Notes: generated by a model not told the origin, from the letters alone. A DNA stretch of 59,082 nucleotides, filler included, from Basidioascus undulatus (GCA_000826855.1; 5 parts of 5 records of this genome joined end to end with filler, not necessarily neighbours in it); one strand, 5' to 3'; shown: positions 27,098-40,800, counted from the first letter of the whole stretch. Made by a program: numbers and translations.

Positions 27098-27826
27098 TCT
27101 GATCGATGAGGCGAGGGTAGGTGTTTCGAAGCAGAAGCAGAGCGTCCGAAGGTGTGGGAGCGGCGATGATAATGGTGGGTGGCAAACAGCGAACTTACGA
27201 ATTGCGCGCAAGTTGACCGGCCAGTGATGACCGGCCGCACTGCAGATCTACCTACCTAGAGGAATGTCCGCCGAAGGTTCAGACACATGTTCACTTGTTG
27301 TGACAGCCCGGTATTACTGAAAGGAAACTGCGTCCAGGCAGACCAACACCCAGAGAATGTTCAGTTGAATAACTTATTGTCGGCGGGAGTTCCTGCAGTT
27401 GCGGCGTCGGGAAGATATACTTCAGCAGCTCAGAAACGAGCGATCGTGCTGAACAGACTGTCTATGTGCAAGACTGTCCGGCAGTCTGCAAACGACAACC
27501 AACGACCACCAGGAGAGGGCGGAGCATTTGTTCGACACAGTAGTTCTAATCAACTTCCGCCAGTGCGCAAAGCCGCCTGGACCTACACAATGATGTCTGT
27601 TCAACCGTAAACTTCAACGGACAGATAACCTGCGATCCTGTATGCGCCGTAAGGAGCCACAGCGCCATGCGATCTTTCACACACACCCAATGCGACCCCA
27701 AGCCCGCAGCAGAAGAATGCGAAGTCCAGCGTTCCGTTCTTTGGCAGTCCAGTCTAGATACACATACACGGGAATCAAGGCTAGAGGTGAAATGGTACAG
27801 GGGCAGTTTTCGGAAGGGGAAGGGAT

Positions 27827-30169
27827 TTAGTGGTGGAAGAGGCGGATCTGCGGGTGGGAGAAATGTCAGCGTTGGAGAGAGGAGCCGGAGAGGGTGGGGA
27901 CGGCGACGTACACCGGTGTCGACGTAGACCTGTGGTAGGAGGAGAAGGGGGGGTAGGTATTAGAGGTGAGCATGAAAGAAGAGAAGGGAGGAGAGAAGGG
28001 GGGAAGGAAGAAAAGACGCACGATGTTGCGCTCGTTCGCGGCGTCGAAGACGGCCTTGTCCATGACGGACCCGGAGGGGGCGGCGATGTACTGCACACCC
28101 GAGCGCGCAGCGCGGAAGACGTTGTCGGGGAAGGGGAAAAATGCGTCGCTTCCGAGCGCCACACCCTTGAGCCCGTCAAAGTGGGCCTTCTTCTCCTCCG
28201 CCGAGAGCGGCTCAGGGACAGCTTCGAACATGCCCTCCCACTGCTGGCGCTCGCTTCCCTCGGCTTCGAACGCCTGGCCAGTGACGAACAGGTCGATGGC
28301 GTTGCTCTTCTCTGCGCGCTTCGTGCCCTTCTTCCAGGGCAGGGCGAGCACCCGCGGGTGGTGCCGCAGCCACCAGTTGTCGGCCTTGTCGCCCGCGAGG
28401 CGCGTGCAGTGGATGCGCGACTGCTGCCCCGCGCCGAGGCCGACGACCCCGCCGTTCAGGGCATAGCAGACCGAGTTGGACTGCGTGTACTTCAGCGCGA
28501 GGGTGGCGACGGTCAAGTCGATGAGGGCCTGCTTGGGGAGCTGTGCGGGGGAGGGTGGGCGAGGTGAACTTGGGGAGATGGGATGTAGGGGAGGAAAGGA
28601 TAGCACCCACGTCCTTGTTCTGAGAGACGATCTTGGAGAAGAGCGAGGGCTCGATCTTGACGTCGTTGCGGCGCTGCTGGAGCAAGACGCCGTAAACCTG
28701 GCGGGTCTCGACGTCGCCGGGGATGTAGTTGGCGTCCATCTGCGCGCACCAATCCCAATCAGGCCAACCGTCCGCCCAGGAGCAAGGGGCAAGGGGGAAG
28801 CGACGCACCTGGAGGACGCAGTACTTGCCCGCCTTCTTCTTGCGGAGGAGCTCGAGCGCCTCGTCGTCGTACGCAGGCGCGATGACACCGTCCGAGACCT
28901 CGCGCGAGATGATCTTGGCGGTCTGAAGGTCGACCTTGTCGGACAGCGCGATCCAGTCGCCGAAAGAGGACATGCGGTCCGCGCCGCGGGCCCTGGCGTA
29001 CGCGGACGCAAGCGGGCTGAGCTCGCCGAGGTCCTCGACGAAGTAGACCTTCTTCTCGGTCTCGGTGAGGGGGACGCCGACGGCCGCGCCGGCGGGGGAG
29101 ACGTGCTTGAAGGACGCGGCGGCGGGGAGGGGCGGGTCGAACGCTTTGGCGAGCTCGGCGACGAGCCCCCACGAGTTGAGCGCGTCGAGGAGGTTGATGT
29201 ATCCCGGCGAGCCGGACAGGACCGTGATCGGCATCGCACCCTCCGTCACGTACGCCTGCGCGGGCTTTTGGTGCGGGTTCGCACCGTACCGGAGCGGCAG
29301 ACGCTGGACGACGGACGTCGCGGGGGTGGAGTCCAGCGAGGCGTACTGCGCACGGAAGTACTTGGAGATCGCATCGTCGTAGTCGGCGGTGTGCGCGAAG
29401 GCCTTCAAGGACACCCGACATCAGCTTGCGATTCTGTAATGGCAGAGGAAAAGGGAAAGGAAGCAGAGGATCCGCACCTTGAGCGCCCAGCCGTTGCGAA
29501 GCGCCTGGTCGACCTCGCCGTTGCCCTTCTTCCACGCGTCGACGAAGGCGGCGTAGTCCTCGGGGTCGGAGAGGATGCTCACGCGCGCGTGGTTCTTGGC
29601 GGCAGCGCGGAGGAGGGTGACGCCGCCGATGTCGATCTCCTCGACGGCCTGGGGGAGAGTGACGCCCTCGCGCGCGACGGTCTCCTTGAAGGGGTAGAGG
29701 TTGCACACAACGAGCGTGATGGGGTCGATCGACTGCGCGGTCAGGTCCGCGAGGTCCGAGGGGATGTTGCGGGCGAGAATTCCTAGAAGGGAAGATAGGA
29801 GGGCTTGAGTAAGGGAGAGGAGAGAAGACGCAGGGGAGATGGGGGGGAGCCTCACCGCCGTGCACAGCAGGGTGGAGCGTCTTGACGCGGCCACCGAGCA
29901 TTTCAGGCGCCTTGGTGATGTCCGACACATCGCTTCATACCCACAACACATCTCCTCATCAGCAACCCAGCAACCACCCACCATCCTCACAACCCTCCGC
30001 ACACTCACCCAATCGGCAGCCCCGCCTCGCGGATAGCTTTGGCGGTGCCTCCCGAGCCGAGCAGGCGGAAGCCCTGCTCGTGGAGCGCACGGGCAAAGTC
30101 GAGCAGGCCAGTCTTGTCGTACACCGACAGGAGCGCGATCGGCTGCTGCTGCTGCTGCTGCTGCGACAT
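27827..30169 (-). CDS. ADE17: Bifunctional AICAR transformylase / IMP cyclohydrolase (ATIC/PurH), multi-exon
   Basis: Contains [125 protein letters not shown] and [10 protein letters not shown], ending |VYVDTG|IRLFHH*. Confidence 0.97.
30143..30163 (-). repeat. (CAG)7 microsatellite encoding an N-terminal polyQ in ATIC
   Basis: Seven perfect ctg units on the + strand; protein starts [14 protein letters not shown]. Confidence 0.9.
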
Positions 30170-30663
30170 TTTCAGAAGAGGGGAGGGGTAGGGTGAACCT
30201 GGGTGAACCGCGAAGACGTCGAAGGGTATTGCCAGAACCCAAAAACGTGGATCAAGAATTCGCACGCCATCGGCCGGAGGAACCCGCGGCGCCTTCCCCC
30301 CCACCCCTCACCCCCGCTTTTCGTTTTTTCAAAACCGACAAACGTGACAGCTTCAACGACTTACATGAATCGACCATCGTCGAGGCCCAATGAGCCAAAC
30401 ATTCTAATGTTCTCATACCGGATCAGGTATAGATAAGTACAATAAGGATAGACGAGTTTCTAGAAGACCTGCTGGTCACAGTTGGGCACCTGTGCTGTTT
30501 AAATTTTGCTGCTTCAAGTCGAAACCAACGTCTTTTCTCCTCCCGGCTTTGCCCTTTCTTCCCACTCTCTGAGTCTACTCATCCCATTCGAGCTGGTCAC
30601 GATGGAAAGTACTTCACGGTGGAGGGCCCACCACCTAGCATCTGACAACTGAATGCTCAACAG

Positions 30664-32104
30664 GCCTCCCCCGACCACGCAGATCGGCTCTCCTCGCTCG
30701 CCCCCGAGCTCGTCTCGCTCATCCTCTCCTTCCTTCATCCCTACCTCCTATCTCCCCGCCCTAGCACTAACCTCATCCCTGCACTCCCTCACAACCCCGC
30801 CCCTCTACGCTACCTCGCCTGCTCCTCCCACCCTCACCGCAACAAACACTTCCCGCTTCACGACCCTCGAGCGCACGCTTCTCTCGCGCCCAATCCTCGC
30901 CCCCCTCGTCTCAACATGGACGATACCCATCGCGCTCGTAGAGCCGACTTCCCGCTCGCTCAGCGCGCGGTGCAGCTCTTCCTGAACGTGCGGGCGCTCA
31001 CACTCCTCCCCCTTCTGGGAGCGCCCCCAGAGTGGGGGAGGCTTCTCCACGCGCTGTCGTGCTCGCACGCCTAACCTTCACCAGGTTCTCCCACCGTCCA
31101 TCTGACTACATCCTGCACCTCGACCTCCAAGCCACCTCTTCGCGTTCCTCTCCACCGCCTCTTGTGATCTTGCAACTGTGCCGCCCGACCCTCGCGGACG
31201 TGCGTACGGACCGACCAACCCGAGCTCGGCCCGTGCGGGGACACGATCCTCTTCGGGTTTCTTGCCGCCTCCGCTTCCCCACCTCCTAGGCAGCTCTCGC
31301 ATCCCTCCCCTCGGGGGGTTCAAGATCTCCGAATTGGGACTCATGTTCCTCTCCTGTGCCCCGCCTTCCGTGCACTCAACATGGGCGACTCGGACCTCTC
31401 CTGGCTGCTGCCGGATCCGCCGGTGCGCGTACCCCCGCTCGAAGAGCTCGTCTGCGATCTGGACGAGCGCCCTGTACCAACTCCTTCCGGCGTCCGCATC
31501 CACGATCCGCCGCTTGAGCTTGCTCGACACGGGCTCGACGCTTGACGAGGGTTCCGACGCGCGGATTCCCCTGGAGGGGGTGCGCACGCTCGTCACCCGC
31601 GCGGAAACGCTCGACTGGATCGACCTTCCCGGGACGCTCTTCCCGAACGTTACGGCGCTCGCGCTCCATCATGTACACGGCACGAACTTGTTCTGTCTCT
31701 TTGCTCAAAAGGTGATCCCTCTGTTCGCCCCTGTCAACCCACGCGTATCTCCTGCTACTGTCCCCTGTCTTATCCGCAGTACCCCCCCCCCCCCGAGCTC
31801 CAAGCCCTCCCAAACCTCTCCTCCCTCTGGCTCACCCCCCTCCCTAACTTCCCTCACCTCCGCGCCCTCCCATCCTCTCCCCCCTCTCCCATCCCCCACC
31901 TACTCCCTGAATGCACACCAGCTCCGCGCATGGGCCGCCCTCCTCGCGGCCTACCTCCCTGCGCGCCGCTGGTGCTCGGCGGACCCGGCGGGTGCGTCTG
32001 GCGGATCGAGCGCAGCGGGGACGGGGACGCGCCCCGGACGGTTCGAGCTACGGCCGAGGAGGCGAGGCGGTTTGGGAGGCGGTTGGTCTGAGCTGCAGGA
32101 TTGA
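30664..32104 (+). pseudogene. F-box/LRR-like gene, frameshifted
   Basis: DRLSSLAPELVSLILSFL (F-box start) shifts frame to SYLPALALTSSLHSLTTPPLY..RTLLSRPILAPLV, with later LRR-like segments (IRRLSLLD, LEGVRTLVT, FPNVTALALHHV). Confidence 0.55.
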
Positions 32105-32573
32105 GGGGCCGGAGCGCTCTCTACTGGGACTGGGACTTGAACGTGGGCGCGCAGTAGCTTACGGAAGGAAGGACAGCGTACTTTTGTTTGGGATGCGGTG
32201 TGCATGCGCGCAGTCCGGCGCAAGCTTGCCAAAGGACCGCGTACTTTTGCATGGGAAGCGACCTCAGTTCGGATTGCGCAGGTATGAAGATTATTAGGTA
32301 GTTTTGAGAACAATCTTACGCCGACGGATTATAGAAACCCATACGGCTGTGCACATGTAGCAAGAGCGATGCAGTGCAGGATGTTTGAAAGCGGCTGCAC
32401 TGATTTATTTGCCGAGGCCAAGTCCCTTTATCGGCGCCGGCCCTGAACGCCCGCCTCCGAGCCTGCTCCCAAACGCCGTCCAACACCACCCCACCCTACC
32501 TCCCCACCTCACACCACCCAATCCCTTCATTCCCCAATCTCCCATACCCTCGCCCTCGCCTCCTTCCCCCGTC

Positions 32574-33984
32574 ATGTCATCCCGCGCCCCCGGCGCCTCT
32601 TCCAAAAAGCCTCTCTCCCACGACACACTCGAACGTGCGCTCTTTCCTCCTCCCCTCCCCCGCCATGAGAGAGGTGCTGATAGAGGTACGTGTGTGCGCA
32701 GCTCCAGCGAATAGCAATGGGGTCGAGCCGGCGGAGAGCAAGCGCGATAAGAAGCGGAAGGACTTGGTTGATCGCGTTAAGCGCTTGGGGGAGCAGCAGA
32801 TGGAGAAGCGGGATGTGTGAGTTAGGCGTTTGGCGCGAGGGAGGGGCGTAGTGGGAAAATGGGAAGGTGGGATGGGGAGGAGTTGAGGGTCGGGGTGAGG
32901 GTCGATGCGGGGGCTTGGTCGATGCGGCGGAGCTCTGGGAGAGCGAGGCGGAGGGCGGGCTGGGGGTTCGCCGCCTGGGGCTTGAGAACGCCCTTCTCCC
33001 CCGTCGCGATGCAGTCCTTGCGCCGGCGAACTCTCATGATTTCCATCGCTCAGTCCATCTGGCATTCCCGGCAAGAACGGTGTACTGACACCCCACTCCT
33101 GCCTTCCTCCCCGCAGCATCTTCCTCGACACGCACAACATCCTAACCGACACGCACGTGCACCTCCTGTCCACCTCTCCCCTGCAGCCATACATCCCCCC
33201 TCCCTCTTCCTCGCCCCCCTCCTCCAGCTCCTCCACCCCGCCTGCCTCCCTCCCGGCCCCGTCCTACCGCCCCCACTCGCTCGCGTTCTACCTCCTCTCG
33301 CTCGAGCGCGACGCGCTCCTTTCCGCCGCGCGGCACCACTACGAGTACCAGCTCGCGTCCGCGCGCAGCCTTTACGAGATCGAGCGCAGGAGGGTGGAGG
33401 ATGAGTACCAGGCTGCGCGGAAGCATGTGCGGGAACGGTTGATGGATGCCGTGGAGGAGAAAAGAAAGAAGTTGAAGGAGGAGAAGGAGGGGGACATTGG
33501 GGTTGGTGCGTTGGCTCTTCTTCCTTGGCTGCTGGATGGTTCCCCTCTGATCGATACTCGGCCGCCTCCAGACGTCCTCTACGACGCGCAATCGCACTCG
33601 CGCTCCACGCGCACAACACGCAAGAAGCCCCTCCCCGGGCTCACGGACCCGTCCGAAGACCCCTCCTCCCTCGCCCTCCCAGGGCAGCGGCCCGACTCGC
33701 CCTCCCTCCCCTCCGGCGCGCCCGGCAGCTCGTCCCTCTCCATCCTCTTTGACGACCTCCTCTCGCCCTCCGCCCTCGCGCTGGCGGGTTCGGGAATGGG
33801 CCTCGGCGCCGCAGGCCTCGGGGGCGGCAACAAGCGCAAGAAGGGCGTCGGTGCGGCCCCGCCGGGCATGACTGGCCCGTTCCTCGGCTTGGGACGGAGC
33901 ATCCAGGCTGGGCTTGGGGGGGCTAGGGAAATTGAGGTGGATGCGGATTTGGGGGAGATTAGGAGGAAGAGGAGGAGGAAATAG
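32574..33984 (+). CDS. Sds3-like subunit of the Sin3/Rpd3L histone deacetylase complex, multi-exon
   Basis: ESKRDKKRKDLVDRVKRL..; LSLERDALL..YEYQLASARSLYEIERRRVEDEYQAARKHVRERLMDAVEEKRKKLKEEKEGD coiled coil; C-terminal EVDADLGEIRR. Confidence 0.78.
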
Positions 33985-34959
33985 ATGCGGGTAGGAGGGA
34001 GAGGGAGAGGACGTGTTGTATTTTTGTGTATGTGCTTGTACGCGTATTGCTTGGATTCCTGGTGGTTTGAACGGTGTATGGTGTACAGACTTGCTGCGTC
34101 CCTGCTCCCCTGCTCTCCGCGCGTTGATTGACCCGCTCCATCGCTGATCTTTGCAAAGCCCAAGGTCTCCTCCAGTTCCAGTTACTTCCAGCCTGCTCCG
34201 CTCGCTGAGTGGGAGTGACGCGTTGAATACCCGCGTGTGGCTCAACAGCGCTCCAAAGCTCTCCTTCGACTCCCCTTTCCCCTGTCCCGGCTACAGCCTC
34301 GTGCCCTTCCGCCACGCGTTCGCCACGCACCAAGCGCCCGCCAAGGCGATAGTTCGACCGCCGCTGCGTCCTGGATTAGCCTTTCTACGCCTCAATCTAA
34401 TACCTGCTAATAGCACTCCTATCGTCTGCCAATACAAAGCATAGAAGCTGCACGGCCCGGACGTCGTCGGTGCTAGTGGTCGAAGCATCGATGTTGATGC
34501 GAACGTGCAGGCCCAAGCTCGGCGGCCTTAGCTTGCACGGACGGGCCGGGAGGTGCCGGGCCGTGTTGCCGCGAGGATGTCTCGGAGGAAGTTCCGCGAA
34601 AACTCGTTGCTGCCGATCATGCTCCCGTCGCCATCCTCAACCTCAACGAGCAGTTCACTCAGAGCAGAGCAAACGAATTAATGAACGTACTTGTGGGTGC
34701 TCCACCCAATGACAGTGGGGTACTGGGAGCGTGGTCGATCAGTGATCAGCAGACATGTTCTCCGACGGAGCGCGGGAAACGAGAGCGTACCTTGTACCCC
34801 GCACGTGTGCACCAGACGCGCGAACTGAAATGAGGCCTGCCCGCGCTGAGCTCACGAAAGTTTCTTTCGTCCCTTCACATCCCATCGTCGTCGTCGTCGT
34901 CGACATCCAACTGCTCTCATCCTCCGTCCTCCGTCATCAGCATCCATCAAACCAAAGCG

Positions 34960-35816
34960 ATGCTCGCCTCCCCTCTCGCCCCCTACGCCGCGCCCTCGCT
35001 CTTCCCCTCCCCCGCGGCGTCGACGTCGTCATTATGCGCCCTGACGGCAACGACGACGCAGGAGCCAGACCTCATGTGCCTGCACCAGGCACTCATGGCC
35101 ACCGGGCTCTTTGGCGCGTCGTGTGCAGGCGTGGGAAGGGGGAGGAGGAAGCGCGTGCTGCATGTTGAGTGTGGGGATGGACGCCTGGCGGGGCTCGTGG
35201 GCAAGGCGGAGGGCGTGGAGGAGATGCTCGGCGTCGATTCTTGTGCGTCGTTCTCCTGCTCTCCTTTCCTCCATTCTGCTTCTTGGGTGAGGAGGAAAGG
35301 GCTGACGCTCGCCCGACGACACCAGGCCCTAAAACCATCGCCCGCCTCGCAGCATCCGTCTCACCCTCCCCCGCCGCGCGCGCCGTAGGCTGTCGCACAA
35401 CCTGGTTCGGCCTTGGCGGTCTGGCAGGGCAGTCCCCACCCGCGGGGCCGAGCCCGCTGAAGAACGCTAGCACGGCGGGCGAGGAGGAGGAGGAGAATGG
35501 CGCGACGGAGCGGGGCGGGCTTGGGACGGAGACGCCGGGAACTTTGCCTGCTGGGTCGGTTACGGCGGCGGAGAGGGTGAAGGCGAAGGCGGTCCCTGCG
35601 CCGGCTGCAGGTGAGGACGAGACGCTCTCGCGCTCGCCTTCCTCCTCTACTCTCCCGAGGTACGCTCGTCTCTCCTTCCTGCGTCGCCCACGGTCGCTGA
35701 CTGTCGAATCATCACAACACCAGCTGGTTCGGCTCGTCCACCGCCTCTCGTCCTGCCCCTCCTCCTCCGCCAGCGCCAGCCGCAGCATCATCAACCCCTG
35801 CTCCCCCTCCTCCTCC
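34960..35816 (+). CDS. Hypothetical protein with a degenerate class I SAM-methyltransferase-like motif; truncated by gap
   Basis: RKRVLHVECGDGRLAGLVGK..EMLGVD resembles motif I (VLDVGCGxG) and the post-I acidic residue. A GTGCGT intron is followed by a Ser/Pro-rich exon. Confidence 0.4.
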
Positions 35817-35916
35817 NNNNNNNNNNNNNNNNNNNNNNNNNNNNNNNNNNNNNNNNNNNNTTAATTAATTAANNNNNNNNNNNNNNNNNNNNNNNNNNNN
35901 NNNNNNNNNNNNNNNN
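35817..35916. other. Assembly gap spacer
   Basis: N44-TTAATTAATTAA-N44. Confidence 0.99.
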
Positions 35917-36164
35917 GCAGAGGAGCGCGAGGACCAGAAGGGACGTACAAGTCGCAGCAGCAGCCACGTCCAACACTTCTCCACAACCACAGCGATCAAT
36001 CCGCGCACCGGCGTAGTCAGATCAGCGTAACAGAGCGTGAGGCGTCGATGCCGAAAGAGGCGATTAATGATCGAGAGGAGGTACGAAATGAGTAGGACGA
36101 GCAAAACGGTGAGAGGGTACGACGAGAACGAGGATGAGGATGAGCACAAAGAGCCTGCGGCCAT
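35917..36164 (-). CDS. Possible N-terminus of a membrane/secreted protein, truncated by gap
   Basis: MAAGSLCSSSSSFSSYPLTVLLVLLISYLL is a hydrophobic segment following an acceptor-like TTAG. No family motif recognised. Confidence 0.3.
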
Positions 36165-36656
36165 AGACTAACCACCCGCCCGCGCCCGCGCAAGCAAGAG
36201 TTCGGGGCGTCAGCATGCACCGGCGCTCAGGCCCTCCGTGCCTCAATTATTTTGCACGATTCTCGGTGGAGACCGTGGAGATTATTTACACAGACCAGAC
36301 AGGCGGCGCAGGGGCTGAAGGGGCGTTGGTGAAACGCAGACGCGCGGGTGCGGACCGCGTCTCGTCCGCGGAAGGCATGCGGAAACGGCCGCTGTTGGCT
36401 GCTGAGAAAGGCTTGCATTGGTCCCGAGGTTTGGTTATTGAAATGCGGAGTGTTTGTAGGCGGTACTATGGCTGGGAAAGTACGTGTCAAGGATGGAGGC
36501 AGTAGAAGCCCTGCAGGCACTGCCCGCACGTCTCGCACGCAAGACCATTCACGACAGCCCATCCTTGCTGCAAGCATATTGTGGGCGCTCGTTTCTTTCG
36601 TGCACTGGCGTTAGGTTTAGCCTCGACAACCATCACACCCGAGCAACCGCGCCGCC

Positions 36657-37821
36657 ATGGCAGTCCTGCTCGACCTCCCCAACGAACTGCTGAGCAAAAT
36701 CGTCCGGTTCACCACAAGCGAACTCAATGGACCGGTGCAGATCATTTATTTCGTTTGTCTCTCGCCTGTCGCCGATTGCACGCCCTCACGGAGCCCGTAT
36801 TGTACCGCTCGCCATCCTTCGGCCATGCAGACTTCAACGCAGTTCGCCTCCTCATACGCTCAATCATGTGCCGCCCTGCTCAAGTCCGCCACCTCGACTT
36901 GGGACAGGGACGATAAGTATCCCGGGCTTGTGACGAATGCAGCGCTCGACGACCTGGAATATGTCCTTGCAGCTGCAGCAGCTCACAGTCTCTCGGGGTC
37001 TCTTGAGTGCCTCCCCGAACAAATCGCGTTGTTGCTCGACTTTCTCCCGACACTGAATTCGCTCGACCTATCCCTACCTGAGGACGGCAGCGTTTGTTTT
37101 GAAACATCGTCCCCGGAGGCGTCATCCTGCCGCAAGGCCTCCGGTCGCTACGCTTGCGGAGCCTTGAGTATGGAGGTGACGGCGACGGAGACAGCTTCAA
37201 TCTCGACTCGATCACCACCTGTTTCGCCTTACCCTCGATGCTTACCCTCCAAGTGGAGCAGATTGACGCGAGCATCTGGGAGTCCGAACGACACAGCGCC
37301 GCCGCACCGGGCTCGTCGACTGTTATTGAGCTGATATTCTCGTACAGTGCTATAGACGGCCCACATCCTCGCCCGTATTCTTGCCATCCCACGTGCGCTT
37401 AGTCGCTTCGAGTATCATTTCATGCTCGACGCCCGCCCGCTCGGCGAATGACCGCGCGGGCATGCTCGGCACTCGCTCACGCAGCTCATCATCTCGAGTG
37501 GAAGCGGCAAAAACATCATTACGGGAACGCTGGGGTCTCTTCGCGACTTCGACCTGCTCAGCTACGTTACCCTCCCGCCCATTTTGCTGCTCGGTCGCCC
37601 GCAATCCTCTCGGAGCCTCGCGGACCTCCTTCCGCCTGCGCTCGTGTCGCTCAATCTGAACCTCGACAAGGGCTGGAAGGTCGCCAAATGGAAGGATACG
37701 TTTCTGGAGGTTATTGAGTCGAAAGAAGTAGCGCACGCCTGAGCTGGAGGTTATCGAGATTCGTGAGGTAGAGGACCGGGGGCCAAGCGCGGCGGGGCGG
37801 TTGAGGCCTCGGGAAAGGTAG
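36657..37821 (+). pseudogene. F-box/LRR-like gene (second family), frameshifted
   Basis: MAVLLDLPNELLSKIVRF / LFRLSLACRRLHALTEPVLYRSP..LLIRSIMCRPAQVRHLDL / IALLLDFLPTLNSLDL / LPSMLTLQVE..SSTVIELIFSYSAID / GSLRDF.. in at least 4 frames. Confidence 0.7.
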
Positions 37822-40800
37822 CGGGTGTGTTGATTCGTTCCAAAAAGTAAGGAAACTGGAGGGGGCTCTCTTATGCCCATATTTCAACCTCTTGGCTTGC
37901 GAAAACGTGCTGCATGAATTCTTGCGCTTGGGCTTAGAAAGAACTGAGTCTGTTGTGCTGACTGGCTCCTACTAAGGATAACGGGCCTCACATAGCTCGT
38001 TGGGCCCCTAGGATCTATACGAGGAGGATCTGATAGTCTCCGTGGGCAACGCAAAGCATCCCCTCACTCGGCCTGAAACTGGTATCCATAAGCGACCCAG
38101 AACCACATTATTAGGAGTAGAACGCCGCCGCAAATCCCTGCTCTGCGTTCTCTTGAGACATTTCAATCTCTCTGAGCACAGCTCCTTGTTAATGTGGCAC
38201 AACCTCCTTCTGGGCATTGAGGGCTAGAAATGAGTTTCGGACGATGCGGATGTGTGCACTCGACTGCAGTCACGCTTGGAATCGAAAAGCCATCGTGAAT
38301 TGCAGCTCACTAGGCAGATTTAGCAGACCGCCCACTGCTCTAGTGAAACAGTACCCCAAAAAACCAATTTATAACAATTCTCTGCCGTGTGCAGCCAAAG
38401 GCTGCCTGGGGCCCACTTCCTCTCACACTCGCATCTTGCACCTCCAACCCAAGCTTTCTCCACCTTGGCTTGGAAAGTTTGCCATATGCAGGATCGGTGA
38501 AGGGTCCCGTCCTCCAATGTTTGGAAAGTTCATGTCTACAATATGTCAGCTCTCTACCCGGTAAAGGGGGAAAATGAACAGTATTTGCCGAAACGCTAAG
38601 CTGCAATGGTCCCATGCTGCTTCGGCACCCCCAAGCGCTTTACGATCACAGAAATGCTGTCTCATAGACAAGCACATGTACCCACAAATGAGCACGCAAG
38701 AGGTCTGAATGTCTCGGTGGAACAAGCACGCAACGGGCAGATTGCAGGAACGACTTCGCAGCCTGCTGGCTATAGATGTCCGCTGAGGGCAAACGTCAAG
38801 TGACTGGTTGAGTGTTTTCTTCGTGACACAGCCGTTCTCTTTCTTCGGTGTTGGTCATCAAGCTCCTTACATCTCTTACGCATGGGTATATCGCGATCAC
38901 GTTCCTGGCCTGGCGTGAAAAGAAAGGCTTTCGCAAAGTCATGCATGGTACCATAACCATCACACTGCGTCTCTCCAGCGAACCCAGTGCGTGCAGCTCC
39001 ACCCACGGCGCCCAGTACCCCGTCTCCTCGTCGAAGCGGAGGTTGTGGAGGAAGAGCGCGTCGATGGGAGGCCCGCGGATGCCGTACTTGCCGTGCCCCA
39101 AGATGTCGGTTTAACAGCTGAAATGCACACCCAGTCCCACGTTTTCTCTCTTCAGCTATCCCTGCACTCAAGGAAATAGCGTCCGGACCTATGCTTTAAG
39201 GTCCAAGCGTCCGAGGGGCAGCACACTACTTCGGTGCCACCGCGCCGCTAATGGGGTACCGAAACTTACTCTGTGATAGAGCTCTGGGGACATTTCAACC
39301 TTAATTTCATAACGTTTTTGCAACTGCGCTCCGTAGGAGCAGTGGGGCCAACCCTCCCTCCGACAGCTTGCGCGAGGTCCGGTGGGCTGGAGGGTGCTTG
39401 CCCTACTGTGATCTTGCTGTTTAATAACTGAACAAAACCGCATTGGATACAAACACATGGCCCACAGGATCACCCGGCCCATGCAGCTTTCAGCGCCCGC
39501 AGCGGTCGGAACGCCCGCCGCTCTGTCCCTCTACCCTCTAGACGAGGAATGCAGCATTGGAAACATCCAAGCTTGTGGCATGATATCCCGGGAATATAAT
39601 CCGGGGTATGCACCTTCCGCTGAATAGAAGGTGCATAGTCGCGAGTCGTCAAGTGCAGGCTGTCGGGGCTTGCGGCGTTGACGCGTTGGACAGCACGTCT
39701 GGAGCGTATCTGCGACCGATTCACAAGTAATGCGCGTGTGGTTATTGCAGAGATTAAAATTATCTTTATACTAATGGTCCTTCCACCCGCATGGACCACT
39801 CCAGAACTCTCCTGTATCTCGCCGGCATGTCCTCCCCTGTCCGACTCTTTATTGTCGTGTCTTGTTGCGCCCAAACCAGTTCCCTTCCAAGTCGTAACAG
39901 TGTAATGTAAAGACCTCTCCCGCCCTCACGACCGTGGGTCTCGCACCCCTCGTTGATCAGCACAATTGAAAGAAGCTGCACTGCGCAGCGCACCACCGGA
40001 GCAGTCGGGGAGCGCCGCGTCTCGTTTAAACGCACCTTTGGCATGAGTAGGATGAAAAAATAGTCAAAACAGGTTAGTAAGAAGTTTAAGGTGTCCCATT
40101 CATGTCGGAGAGGCGCGATCGATCTGTTACTTGGCGGGCGCTGCATGCGGGAAGACCACACTCATTGTTCGGGATTCCTCTTGTCCCTTACCAGTTTGGC
40201 TCTTACGCGAGTGGTGCTGTGGTACTCTGCCTTCCAAAGCGTTATTAAAGGATCTTCCAGCTACGTTCGGGAGCAGCGGCAATGTCGCTCTCAGTGCAGC
40301 CGAGTCGCAGCGTCCTTTGCCGTGCTCAGACTGCTCGAGCGTGCCCAACCGCCCCAGTCGAAGGACGACCTGCTCTTGATCAACTGATCACCGCATGCAC
40401 ATCCGGCTCTGAAGATTCACCAGCCACTCTCGGATGCAGTCTCGTCAGATGAGCACCAACATCAACCCGAAGCACCCACACCCCCACCACGCACCGCGTC
40501 CTCCACAGCAATTGAACAAACCCGATGAACTCCACCCTCTCTCCTCTTTCTATCACAGTCAAATCATGACGGCCCGATCGCCCGATCGCTCATGATGATT
40601 CAATTACATTTGAAGACGAATTCCAAAGTGTATAGCCGGCGCCAACCCGACTGGCCCCTCACACAAGCGTGCGAACGAAGCGGATGGTCTTCTTCTGGAA
40701 GGGCGCGGCGGGCTGGCTGGCTCCTTACCGGAGCGATCGTCCGGTGCTTGTCGGATAAGGCCGGCGCGGGTGCTATTCGGGCCGCCTGCCGAGGAGTACG

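Noticed and set aside
28476..29786. 436-aa plus-strand ORF (and many similar long overlapping ORFs)
   Set aside because: Antisense shadow of the GC3-rich ATIC coding sequence; no independent motifs.
32975..33090. Possible TPP riboswitch or C/D snoRNA in the Sds3-like intron (..cttgagaacgccc.., atgatt..ctga)
   Set aside because: Lacks the TPP CUGAU/GxUAAUxC core, and the CTGA coincides with the intron branch site.
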